Origin: an uncultured Chloroflexia bacterium
Lineage (GTDB): Bacteria; Chloroflexota; Limnocylindria; Limnocylindrales; CSP1-4
Length of the DNA: 64,000 bases
NCBI GenBank assembly: GCA_963712745.1
Contig: CAVQJC010000017.1
Location: 352,001 to 416,000 of the forward strand
Direction: 5' to 3'
Shown here: positions 19,899 to 28,775 of the stretch, piece by piece
Layout of the letters: each line of letters opens with the position of its first letter
Numbering within the stretch: the first letter of the stretch is position 1
Translations under genes and position numbers: made by a program
The notes under the pieces: generated by a model
What the model saw: the letters and a program-made list of their open reading frames with translations, nothing else
Told to the model about the DNA's origin: nothing
Databases searched by the model: none

Positions 19899-21529
19899 GT
19901 GCCGAGCGCGACCTCAACGACATCCTCGAAGCGCGTCTGCGCGACGTCCCACCACTCCGTCCGACAGTCCTCAGCGACGTCTTCGATCAGACCCGGATGA
20001 TGCCGCAGCGCCGACATCGGTGGCCGCTCCATCTCCTCCAAGGTCGCACCGAGCGCCTCACGGATGTATCGGCTACGGATGCGGTTCCTGCTGCAGTTCC
20101 AGATACGGATGGGCGACAGCCCGTAAGGGGGTCCACGATGTTCTCCGCACTCAAGTTCATCGCCGCTGGCGTCATCGTGGCGCTGTTCGGCGGCTTCCTG
20201 CTCGCAGGCCTTCTGACGGTGCCGAGCGACGACGAGGCCCCTCCGGCGGCGGTGACCGAGTCACCCTCGCCTACGACGACCGAGGAGTTGCTCTCGGGCA
20301 TGGTCACGGAGGAAGTCGAGCCGGGGGTGTTCCGGCTCCTCGACGATGGTGCAGGGCACCCCATGGGAGCGGAGGACGTGACCAACTACGCCACACCCTA
20401 CGTCGGCCCTGATGGAGCCGTCTGGGTCCGCGCCGGGGTGAGTGACATGGACGGCGACACCGTGATGTGGCGACTCGGCGTGCCGGGCCGCCACCAGCAG
20501 TCACCGGAGAGAGGCTTCTCCGACCCGTCCGACTTCGCCACGGCCCCTGATGGAACGCTGTGGGTCGCTGGCTACGCCTACCTCTCCTCCTACGATGGCG
20601 ACTCGTGGACCGAGCATCGGGTCGCGAAGGACCCGTCCAGGGAGTGGCCGCCGAATGCCACGGCGGTCGAGGTCTTGCCCGACGGGACCGTCTGGGCGGC
20701 GTGGGAAGACCGCCTCGGGCGACTCGACGCCGAAGGCTGGCACTACCACCACCCCGCCATGGAGGAGGACGAACGGCTATCGGACCTCCGCGTCCTGCCC
20801 GATGGGTCCATCCTCGCCTTCATGTGGCACGGCCGCATGCTCCGCTTCGACGGAGCCGCGTGGCAGGAGGTCCCGATGCCGGACGTCGGTGCGGCGACCC
20901 GCGTCAGCGGCATCCGCATCGGCTCTGATGGCACCCTCTGGGTGCACTTCATCTCACGTTCGACGGCCCCCGTGCGCGGGAGCGAACCGCGGACGGATTG
21001 GTGGGGCAGCGACGAGGTCCCACAGGACCACCTGGCCCGCTTCGACGGCAAAGCGTGGACGACCTACTCGGCCACCGACGGCCTGCCTCGACTCACCCAT
21101 TCGTCCAGACCTGAGCCGGAATGGGACGTGCATCCCGATGGTTCGGTGTGGGTCCTCGCCGACCCGGAGCAGACCACGGTGTCCGACCCTGGTTCACTCC
21201 TGTGGACGCTGATGTCCTTCGATGGCAAGACATGGACCGAGTGGCCTGATGGGATCGAGTTGCTCGATGTCGGAAGCGACAAGGTCGAGTTGCTCGACAT
21301 CGGTCCTGATGGGACCGTCTGGATGGGCAAGCCCGGTCCAGACCACGAGGAGCGCCTCCATCTCGCATCGCTCGACGGCACCACCTGGCGGCAGTACCCA
21401 CGACTCCTAGTCACAGGTGGAGACCCAGACTGGGATAGCCTCGAGGTCGCCCCGGACGGCAGCGTATGGGTGAAGGCCGACGATGACCGCGGCCTCTACG
21501 TCATCACCCCCGAGGCCGTGGCGGAGTAG
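19895..21529 (+). CDS. Anti-sigma-like membrane protein with extracellular beta-propeller repeats
   Basis: About 80-aa N-terminus, TM helix KFIAAGVIVALFGGFLLAG, repeated PDGxxW...FDGxxW blades. ATGA overlap with the sigma gene. Confidence 0.78.
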   Translation: MSAERDLNDILEARLRDVPPLRPTVLSDVFDQTRMMPQRRHRWPLHLLQGRTERLTDVSATDAVPAAVPDTDGRQPVRGSTMFSALKFIAAGVIVALFGGFLLAGLLTVPSDDEAPPAAVTESPSPTTTEELLSGMVTEEVEPGVFRLLDDGAGHPMGAEDVTNYATPYVGPDGAVWVRAGVSDMDGDTVMWRLGVPGRHQQSPERGFSDPSDFATAPDGTLWVAGYAYLSSYDGDSWTEHRVAKDPSREWPPNATAVEVLPDGTVWAAWEDRLGRLDAEGWHYHHPAMEEDERLSDLRVLPDGSILAFMWHGRMLRFDGAAWQEVPMPDVGAATRVSGIRIGSDGTLWVHFISRSTAPVRGSEPRTDWWGSDEVPQDHLARFDGKAWTTYSATDGLPRLTHSSRPEPEWDVHPDGSVWVLADPEQTTVSDPGSLLWTLMSFDGKTWTEWPDGIELLDVGSDKVELLDIGPDGTVWMGKPGPDHEERLHLASLDGTTWRQYPRLLVTGGDPDWDSLEVAPDGSVWVKADDDRGLYVITPEAVAE

Positions 21530-21641
21530 GCTCGCGGCAGACGATCCGGCAGCCCCATGCACATCGGTAGCTACGTGGGCTGAACTGCAGCAAGCGCAGC
21601 CATATCCGCCTAAGAGGGGACCATAGCTGGCCTCTGTTGCT

Positions 21642-21755
21642 CCGTAGAGCCGACAAGTGGACTGCTATCAGCGCACGTCCGGAGGGCTTCCTGAGCGTAG
21701 CTGGAGCCCGTGACGAGGGTCCAGACAGCCGGTGGCTGGTCGATGTGTTCGCGTC
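21642..21755 (+). repeat. About 110-bp repeat, copy A (inverted relative to 22275-22384)
   Basis: ccgtagagccga...gcgcacgtccgga...ctgagcgt..gggtccagac.gccggtggctg matches the reverse complement of 22275-22384. Confidence 0.8.
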
Positions 21756-21942
21756 GAAGGTCGCGGGCATTGCTGGGCATGACCGTCGAGAGGACGTATC
21801 GGGTCAAGCCCTCCACGGCCTTGGCGTACGTCCTGACCGTCTGGTCGGCCATGTTGGCGGCCAGCAGGCTCCGTTCGAAGGATCCGAGATCGACGAGGAG
21901 GGGCGGGGTAGCATGTGCTGCGGTGAGAGCTTCGGCTGGCAT
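21742..21942 (-). pseudogene. Truncated tyrosine recombinase/integrase, N-terminal SAM-like domain only
   Basis: SFERSLLAANMADQTVRTYAKAVEGL...DLRREHI is typical of XerC/D-like N-termini. The ORF breaks where the 110-bp repeat begins. Confidence 0.65.
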
Positions 21943-22073
21943 CGAACGGACCTTTCGCTGGGAGGTGGGCGCCTCCCACGATCACTGTCTGTTCGACCGT
22001 TGCAGCCAGAGATCTTATCGGTGCATGGATCAGCTATCGGCTCTATCGGAGCACGAAACTGGCCAGAAACCTC

Positions 22074-22149
22074 GGGCCGGTAGCTCAGCGGTCAGAGCAG
22101 GGGACTTTTAATCCTCGTGTCCTGGGTTCGAATCCCAGCCGGCTCACCA
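22074..22149 (+). tRNA. tRNA-Lys (anticodon TTT)
   Basis: Full cloverleaf: GGGCCGG/CCGGCTC acceptor stem, GGGGA-CTTTTAA-TCCTC anticodon arm, TTCGAAT T-loop, encoded CCA. Confidence 0.96.
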
Positions 22150-22213
22150 CTTCTTTCGGGTATCCACGCTCCGATGCGAGGTAATCCCTCGCTCGTGCGG
22201 CCTTCCTGGAACG

Positions 22214-22237
22214 GCTGACAGCCACGTTGACAGCAAC
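22214..22237. promoter_or_regulatory. Tandem 12-bp repeat, probable integrase arm-type binding sites
   Basis: gctgacagccac-gttgacagcaac lies about 65 bp downstream of the tRNA 3' end. Confidence 0.5.
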
Positions 22238-22274
22238 GTCAGACGCACTCAGTCGTATGCAGAGCACGTCTGTG

Positions 22275-22384
22275 GACGCGATATCGGACAGCCACCGGCC
22301 GTCTGGACCCTGATTGCGGGCTTCAGCAACGCTCAGCCAGCCTTCCGGACGTGCGCCGGATGCTGTCACTTTTCGGCTCTACGG
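22275..22384 (-). repeat. About 110-bp repeat, copy B
   Basis: Reverse-complement homolog of 21642-21755. Confidence 0.8.
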
Positions 22385-22448
22385 GACTTGAAGAGCTGCT
22401 GGAGAAACCGGTACCGCTGTGCCGGCCGCGGACCTGCGGACCGGTCGA

Positions 22449-24038
22449 TCACCGCTCGGCAAGGCCCGAGTCCGAAGCCGGGAGATCGTCGAACGTGATG
22501 ATCCAGTGGTCACGCTGCCACCCGTTGGACTCCTCGTCCTCGTAGACCGAGTGCGCGATGGTGTTGCCGCTGATCGGAGCGATCCCCGCACCGCCCGCCC
22601 CAAAGGTGTCGGTCTTCAGGCCCAGCGGGACGTTGACCACGGTCGGTTCCGCGGAGTCGGCCGAGTGGAAGACCATGCTGCCACCGGTGAGCTCCACCCA
22701 GGTCGACCCCAACGGGGCCACGAAGAAGGCCTGTGGCCGCTGCGGGACCTGTTGCCATTCGACGCCATCGGATGACACCCACTCCTCCGACTCCTGCCTC
22801 GCCTCGTCGAAGCTCCAGGTCACCACCCCGTTCGGCTTCCGGACGCCCATCTCCGGGTCTGCTGGCAGCAGTCCCTGGACTCCCGCCGGCTCACCGGGTT
22901 CGTCTCCGAGGACTTCACCGAGCGTCCACTCCCCGCCATCTGGCGACGTCCATGTCTGGATCATCCCGTCGGCTCTCATCGCGAGCGCTGTGAAGCCGCC
23001 ATCGGACCCAGACACGACGAAGGCTTGAGTGGACGTCCCGGAGTCGGGCTCGGGCAGCTCGACGGACCCGACTCGACCATCCCGTACGAGTCCCATCTGC
23101 TGTACGGCCGGGGGATAGCCGTCGCCCACGGCCCAGCGCTCGACGAAATCGATGCCCACACCCTCGAGCGTTTTGAGCTCGGCGCCCGTGGCAGCGTCGA
23201 CCACGCGAAGGCCAGCATCGGTCTCCTCGAACCGGAGGGTGGCGTGCTCGTCGTCGTACGCACCCAGGACCCGGTAGCTGCCGTCATCGATGCGCTCGAG
23301 CCGGGCGAACTCGCCACGCTGGTCCTCCCCTTCGGGATGGGACGGTAGCCCCAGGAAGCTCGTGGCGTTCGTCACCCCGAACTCAAGCGGCACGACGATG
23401 GCATCCCCGGAGGCCGCGACACCTCCAAGGTCAAGCCGCCAGTCGATGGCCGCGGGTGAGGGCGGCTCCACGCCGGTCAGGTCGACCGCCTCCCACTCGA
23501 GCGCATCGGTCGATCGCCATAATGACGGCAGAGCGAGGCTGCCGGGCTCGTACGTGGAGAAGTCGTGCGCCGTGAGCCAGTACTCGCCGCCGGCCTGGGT
23601 GAGGCTGAGCTCCTCGAAGTCGGCCTCGATGGGTAGTGGCCTGCGCGTCCACTCAAGCAGGTCCGGCGAGAACCACAGGTGCTGGCAGTTGTGTTCCGAC
23701 GGGCACGGTCCGTAGATGTGGCCGGGCCCGTCGAGCGATACATATCCGCCTTGGACCGGGATAGGGCGCAACACGTCGGGAAGCGACTCTGCATCTCCGC
23801 TCAGATGGACCCAACGCGTGGACCCGAGCGGCGTGTCCAGCGTGTGCGACTCGATGTCCTCCGGGATCTCCGCCGGCAGCTCGATCGGCCGGGTGGTCGT
23901 CGACGACGGCGATGCAGACACACCGACCGCCGGTGCCAACTCGTCGTTCGGCTGGGTCGTCATCACTCCTGCCAGCAGGAAGCCGCCGAACAGGGCCACG
24001 ATGGCACCGGCGACGACGAACTTGGTCGCACTGAACAT
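22449..24038 (-). CDS. Exported Asp-box (BNR) repeat protein; C-terminal part of an anti-sigma-like protein of cassette 3
   Basis: Begins MFSATKFVVAGAIVALFGGFLLAG, nearly identical to the TM of 19895-21529, with a GGAGG SD. Repeats WFSPDLLEW, WRSTDALEW, WTSPDGGEW, WVSSDGVEW. Confidence 0.75.
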   Translation of the reverse strand: MFSATKFVVAGAIVALFGGFLLAGVMTTQPNDELAPAVGVSASPSSTTTRPIELPAEIPEDIESHTLDTPLGSTRWVHLSGDAESLPDVLRPIPVQGGYVSLDGPGHIYGPCPSEHNCQHLWFSPDLLEWTRRPLPIEADFEELSLTQAGGEYWLTAHDFSTYEPGSLALPSLWRSTDALEWEAVDLTGVEPPSPAAIDWRLDLGGVAASGDAIVVPLEFGVTNATSFLGLPSHPEGEDQRGEFARLERIDDGSYRVLGAYDDEHATLRFEETDAGLRVVDAATGAELKTLEGVGIDFVERWAVGDGYPPAVQQMGLVRDGRVGSVELPEPDSGTSTQAFVVSGSDGGFTALAMRADGMIQTWTSPDGGEWTLGEVLGDEPGEPAGVQGLLPADPEMGVRKPNGVVTWSFDEARQESEEWVSSDGVEWQQVPQRPQAFFVAPLGSTWVELTGGSMVFHSADSAEPTVVNVPLGLKTDTFGAGGAGIAPISGNTIAHSVYEDEESNGWQRDHWIITFDDLPASDSGLAER

Positions 24039-24053
24039 GGACTGGAACCTCCC

Positions 24054-24272
24054 TTGCCAGGCGGTGACGAACGCATCGTGGACGGCATCCCTGGCCTCAC
24101 TGGGGTCGCCCAGGATGGCACTGGCGAGCCGATAGCTGTCCGAGAGCTGGCGCGTGGCGAGCCGCCGGAAGGCGACGGCCTTCTCGTCGGCCCGCACGCC
24201 CTCTGCCGGATGGCCAGTGACTTGATCGTCCAGAGCCTGCCTCGTCGTATTGGTGACCGTGCGCGTTGGCAC
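24054..24272 (-). pseudogene. Truncated ECF sigma factor (region 2 only), fused in frame to the downstream gene
   Basis: AFRRLATRQLSDSYRLASAILGDPSEARDAVHDAFVTAW; region 4 is missing. Confidence 0.75.
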
Positions 24273-24354
24273 CCTTCGTTCGGCGTCCACAATGACATGA
24301 CGATCGGCGCACCCGAAACATTCATTCAGAGCTGCCCAACGTGGAGTGTTTGGG

Positions 24355-24615
24355 CGATCGCATGCGGTCTGCTTCTGGCGCTGCTCGAGCACATGCCCGT
24401 ACGTATTCGACGTCAGCACGATCGAGTCGTGCCCGAGGAGGTTCTTCACTTCCTCGAGCGTGAAGCCCTGGGCGAGCAGGAATGTGGCAGCCGAGTGGCG
24501 GAGGTCGTGGAAGCGGCGATGGGGGAGGCCAGCGTTCGGATAGGGCCCGCTGGAAGGCCCGGGTCACCGTCGCCGTATCGAGTGGGTGTGCCTCGGCTCG
24601 TCGTGAAGACGTGCC
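24355..24615 (-). pseudogene. Tyrosine integrase C-terminal catalytic remnant (frameshifted)
   Basis: VFTTSRG, TVTRAFQRAL and RFHDLRHSAATFLLAQG...LLGHDSIVLTSNTYGHV (HxxR, LGH, catalytic Y), spread over shifted frames. Confidence 0.88.
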
Positions 24616-24747
24616 CTGACCGGCTTCAGCGCGACCCTGCAACGAACCGCCACGAGGATGAGCGGCGTGAGGACGAGCCGCCAGTAGTGCGGGGCCGTCC
24701 AGATCTGTTGGGCTGGGAAGAGCCCCCGCTGCGCGAGAGCAGCAGCG

Positions 24748-25437
24748 TCAGCCGCATACAGCGCCGATGCCTTCTCCTGGCTCATGGCCTTGTAGGTGCG
24801 TACCTCGATCGGCGCGCCCGGTTGAGATGGACCTGTGACAACCGCGAGTCACGGTCTCCGGTGGCTTCGTCCGGACACGATCGGGCCGTAACGTTGGGGG
24901 ACGAATGGCGACCAGGCTTGTTGGGCTCCTACGCATGAACCGTCCCCCCGACGCATGACCGTCGGGAGCCTGACGTCGGGTGTCGAACACGATGGATCCG
25001 GGATCCTCGGGGAGGACCATTCCCTCGGACCGCGTGTCGTTCCCGGCGCCGCCGACGAGCAGGTGACCGAACATCTCGAGACTGGCCGCTTCATGACCAT
25101 GGCCGCCGAGATACGCGCCGCTGGTCTGCTGGCCGGCGGTGTCGTGCGCGTGGCCCGCGACGCGGACGCCACCGGCCTCCGGTCCTAGCGGGAATGCGAC
25201 GGGTGTCGAGTCGGCGCTCTTGTGGGTGGGGATAGTCCATGGCGCCAGCGGATCGGCTAACTGGGCATCGTTGCCATCGGACCCGAGTTCGAGGTCCTCC
25301 CAGTCGCTGACGTAGAACTTGATGCCGGCCCACGTCGGCTTCCGCCTTGCCAGCCATTCCAGGCCGGCCCCGAGCAAGAGCATCGGCACGAAGAAGACGA
25401 CGAGCAGGACCGTGAGTTCAAACAGAGCTTCTTGCAC
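24748..25437 (-). CDS. Hypothetical protein with an N-terminal TM helix (C-terminal part doubtful)
   Basis: GTG preceded by an AAGGGAG SD; hydrophobic segment LFELTVLLVVFFVPMLLLG. Confidence 0.3.
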   Translation of the reverse strand: MQEALFELTVLLVVFFVPMLLLGAGLEWLARRKPTWAGIKFYVSDWEDLELGSDGNDAQLADPLAPWTIPTHKSADSTPVAFPLGPEAGGVRVAGHAHDTAGQQTSGAYLGGHGHEAASLEMFGHLLVGGAGNDTRSEGMVLPEDPGSIVFDTRRQAPDGHASGGRFMRRSPTSLVAIRPPTLRPDRVRTKPPETVTRGCHRSISTGRADRGTHLQGHEPGEGIGAVCG

Positions 25438-25773
25438 GAAGCTCTCCCTTTCCACCTGACGGTCGCACGTTGTTGCAGCGGAGTCCGCCACTCGATGCTC
25501 CCGTACGGTGAAGTGTTGCCTCCACGCACCACCGGTGTCATGACGGCCCGTCATCTCCATGGCACCGCCCCATAGGCTTCCCCGACCGTGCCCTCTCGCG
25601 GCTCACGCGAGCGATGGGAGGCTGAGCACCGCCCACCCGGGAAGGCTCGTCGCGGTGACATCATTCCTGGCCGATGCCTTCATGGGACGGTGCTGAACGC
25701 ATCACCGTCGCGGTCGACCGCCTCGCGAAACTGGCGTAGGCTGGGCTCGTCGTACCCCGCCGTGGGGGCTGAC

Positions 25774-26184
25774 ATGAAAGGTGTGGCCGTGCGCTTCGGC
25801 GAACTCAGAGGCCTCACGAGCCTGCCCATCCGCGCGCTCCGTGAGCAGTTCCGCTACGAGGAGGTGCTGACCGTCCTGCCGGTGCAGGACGGGGTCACCG
25901 GACGCGAGACGCTCCTCGTCGCCACGCGCACGATGCTCGCGCTGTTGACCGCGCTGCGCGTGCCCCGTGGCCACTGGATGACACGCTGGGCACCGTGGGA
26001 CACGGTCGCGATCGCCGACCCGGCGGCGCCGCCCGGGCAGGACGATGACGTGTTCCGGCTGACCGTGCTCGTGGGTGGCCAGATGTTCCACGCACAGCTA
26101 CGCGGGGAGCCCGGTCGCAAGGCACTACGCGACTTCGTGGTGGCGGTCCGCACGATGCGGCCGAAGAAGGCCGCGAGGCGGTGA
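25774..26184 (+). CDS. Hypothetical protein
   Basis: Plausible 136-aa globular protein with typical codon usage. Confidence 0.55.
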   Translation: MKGVAVRFGELRGLTSLPIRALREQFRYEEVLTVLPVQDGVTGRETLLVATRTMLALLTALRVPRGHWMTRWAPWDTVAIADPAAPPGQDDDVFRLTVLVGGQMFHAQLRGEPGRKALRDFVVAVRTMRPKKAARR

Positions 26185-26647
26185 GCGCGACCCCTCCCAG
26201 CCACGGCTCGCCTGCCCCGGTCCGGGGCGGGACGTGAGGAGCGGCAGTCGATGGCCGGATCACCGAGGTGCGGTCGACAGCTGACGCGAACGCCACTCAC
26301 GACCCCGCCGCTCCATCAGGCTCGCCGGTCGGTCAGGTGGTCGACGTGCCGGCCGCCGCACTCTCCATCGACCTGCCCGAGCCCTGGTTGGTCGCGATGC
26401 GACTGATGCAGGATGGGTGGGGCTACCGAGCGATACGCGCGCATGACCCGACGACCGGCGCACGGCGAAGCGATGCCGCGATCGTGTGGGTCGGGCATGG
26501 CTCGCTCGGCTCTCGGCCTGGAAGGGCGCGCATCCTCTGCGATCCCGGTCAAAGCGTGGCCTGGGCCACCACTCGCCCAGCAAGTGACCTCGCGGGGTCC
26601 TCCGGACCTTGTCATCGCCAGCGGATCTGTGTCATGTTGGTGCGGCC

Positions 26648-27385
26648 ATGAGCGACCCCCGCAACGACCGACCGCCGCCACCGCCGCCTCCCAGACGGTG
26701 GGATCCGCCACCGCCCGGATACGTACCGCCGCCTGGCCAGTACCCGCCGCCGGTGTACCCTTCGCCGCCTCCGGATGGACCTCCGCCCCCAGGCACGGGA
26801 CCGCAGGCACCGCCGCCCGCAACTCCGCAGCCACCTGCTCCCCTGGCCACCGAACAGCGGCGCGACCGTGGCGGGCTCGTGGCCGGCGTCGTGATCATCG
26901 GCATCGGCGTGTTCTTCCTGCTCGCGCAACTCGTACCCGACATCGGTCGCTCCATCCCGTTGCTCATCGGCCTGGTCTTCCTGGCGGCCTTCGTCGCGAG
27001 GCGCGAGTACGGCTTCCTGGTGGCAGGCTGCATCATCAGCGGTGTCGGTGTCGGCGTCCTGCTCGCGGACACCGTCGACGACCAGTGGTCGGGTGCCGTC
27101 GTGCTGCTCTCGATCGCGGGCGGGTTCATCGCCATCTGGCTCCTGAGCGTGCTGTTCCGGGCGGTCAACAGGGAGTGGCCCAGCGGGCCGAGCCGGGAGG
27201 TCGCCAGTGCTCTCTGGTGGCCGCTGATCCCGGGCGGCATCCTCGCGCTCGTCGCCGTGGTCGTCCTCGCGGAAGAGGGCTTCGAGAGCGATCTGCTGCG
27301 CTGGTGGCCACTGCTCCTCATCGGAGCCGGGGTCGTGGTGCTCATATCCGCTCTGTCGCGTCGGGGATCCGGCCAGGATCGTTAG
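26648..27385 (+). CDS. Proline-rich N-terminus multi-TM membrane protein (LiaF/DUF5668-like)
   Basis: Poly-Pro tract followed by about 6 TM helices with WWPLLLIGAG motifs. Confidence 0.7.
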   Translation: MSDPRNDRPPPPPPPRRWDPPPPGYVPPPGQYPPPVYPSPPPDGPPPPGTGPQAPPPATPQPPAPLATEQRRDRGGLVAGVVIIGIGVFFLLAQLVPDIGRSIPLLIGLVFLAAFVARREYGFLVAGCIISGVGVGVLLADTVDDQWSGAVVLLSIAGGFIAIWLLSVLFRAVNREWPSGPSREVASALWWPLIPGGILALVAVVVLAEEGFESDLLRWWPLLLIGAGVVVLISALSRRGSGQDR

Positions 27386-27501
27386 TCCCTGCCGGCAGGC
27401 GCACGCTCCACGAGCCACCGTCGAGCACCACCGCGAGTCGGGTGATCGTCGACCGGTTGCTGGGCTAGGTGGTCTGACGCCCGATTGGCCGGACTGGACA
27501 C

Positions 27502-28200
27502 TCAGTTGATGGTGTGCGCCAGCCAGCACAGCGAGCCCCTACCTCGGGTCAGGTCCTCGCGGCGTACGAGAGGCCACCTGTCGGGGATGCCTTTCAGTTG
27601 GTGAGCCCCCCTCGCGTCGAAGCCGATGCCCGAGCCGGCCACGAGATCCTTGACCGTCCTGGAGACGAGCACCTCGCCAGGCTGGGCCGTGGCGGCAATG
27701 CGAGCGCCGATGTTGACACCGATGCCCGCGGGCTTGCCGTCCGCGACCTCGAACTCGCCGGTATGCAGACCGGCTCGCACGCCGACGCCGATCTAGTCGA
27801 GGGCCGCGACGATGGCGAGCGCGGCGCGAACCGCCCGTGCCGGCCCATCGAATGAGGCGAAGAAGCCGTCACCCGACGTATCGATCTCCTCACCCGAGTG
27901 TCGCGCCAGGATGCGGCGGACGATCGTGTGGTGACGCTCGACGAGCTCGCGCCACTGTGCATCCCCCAATCGGGCCGCCAGTGCCGTCGACCCCACGATG
28001 TCCGTGAACAGCACCGTCGCCAGGACCCGCTCGCGCTCGACTGACGTACCGAGCCGAGCGATGAACTCCGCCGTAGCAGCTATCGTCGCTTCGTGACACT
28101 CGTCATCGACCCAGGTGTAGAGCCCCCGGAGCGTGGGCAGTCCCACGACTTGTGAGCCAGGGATTCGCTCCGCGATGTAGTGGGCCGGAGCAGGCCGGGC
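27502..28200 (-). pseudogene. Class III adenylate/guanylate cyclase with hydrolase-linker remnant, interrupted by an in-frame TAG
   Basis: VLATVLFTDIVGST, GDGFFASF, then TAG at 27793-27795. The same frame resumes as VRAGLHTGE...GIGVNIGARI...LKGIP. The N-terminal part is degraded. Confidence 0.85.
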
Positions 28201-28343
28201 CGGATGGGGCAGCCGCTGAGCTGCCGACTCGGCACCGCGTCCATCCCCATCCCCATCGCCGCCTGCCGCTGCCGCTCCGCGAGCACATGGCCGTAGGCGT
28301 TCGGGGTCAGAAGACCAGAGCTGTGCCCGAGGAGGTTCCTACG

Positions 28344-28775
28344 TCACCGAGGCGAGGGTGACGCTACTCCCAGCGTTTCGACGGCCTCGGACTCCTCCGC
28401 CGGCACCTCCACAGGCACGGCCACCAACTCCTTCCTGACCTCCGGCTCGCGCGTGATGGCGCTGCGCCGACGACGGCGCAGGGCGGCGATGGCCAATGCC
28501 GACGCTACGGCCAGCGCTGCTACCGCGCCGAGGACGAGCACGGTCCCCAGGATGCTCCGTCCGGCCACGTCGGCGGCCTCGTCGGACATCAGCTGCGGGC
28601 CCGAGGCCTCGGGCGCGAGCTGCGCGGAGAGCAGCTCGCGAGCGGGGATGACGATGGTCGCCTCGGCGGAGGCCCGGGCCTCCTTGCGCCATCTGGCGAC
28701 CGACCTCCGCAGCATGGGCTTCAGCAGCGTGGCCACGAGCACGGCGTTGATGATCGCTCGGATTCCTCTCATCAC
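28344..28775 (-). CDS. Hypothetical membrane protein
   Basis: GGAGG SD; two hydrophobic segments. Confidence 0.55.
   Translation of the reverse strand: MMRGIRAIINAVLVATLLKPMLRRSVARWRKEARASAEATIVIPARELLSAQLAPEASGPQLMSDEAADVAGRSILGTVLVLGAVAALAVASALAIAALRRRRRSAITREPEVRKELVAVPVEVPAEESEAVETLGVASPSPR

Noticed and set aside
22449-24449. 666-aa ORF as one genuine protein
   Set aside because: It is an in-frame run through an integrase tail, a spacer, a sigma fragment and the partner gene.
27793-27795. Amber read-through (pyrrolysine or recoding) in the cyclase
   Set aside because: TAG is used as a normal stop by many genes here, there are no pyl genes in the window, and the rest of the gene is also degraded.
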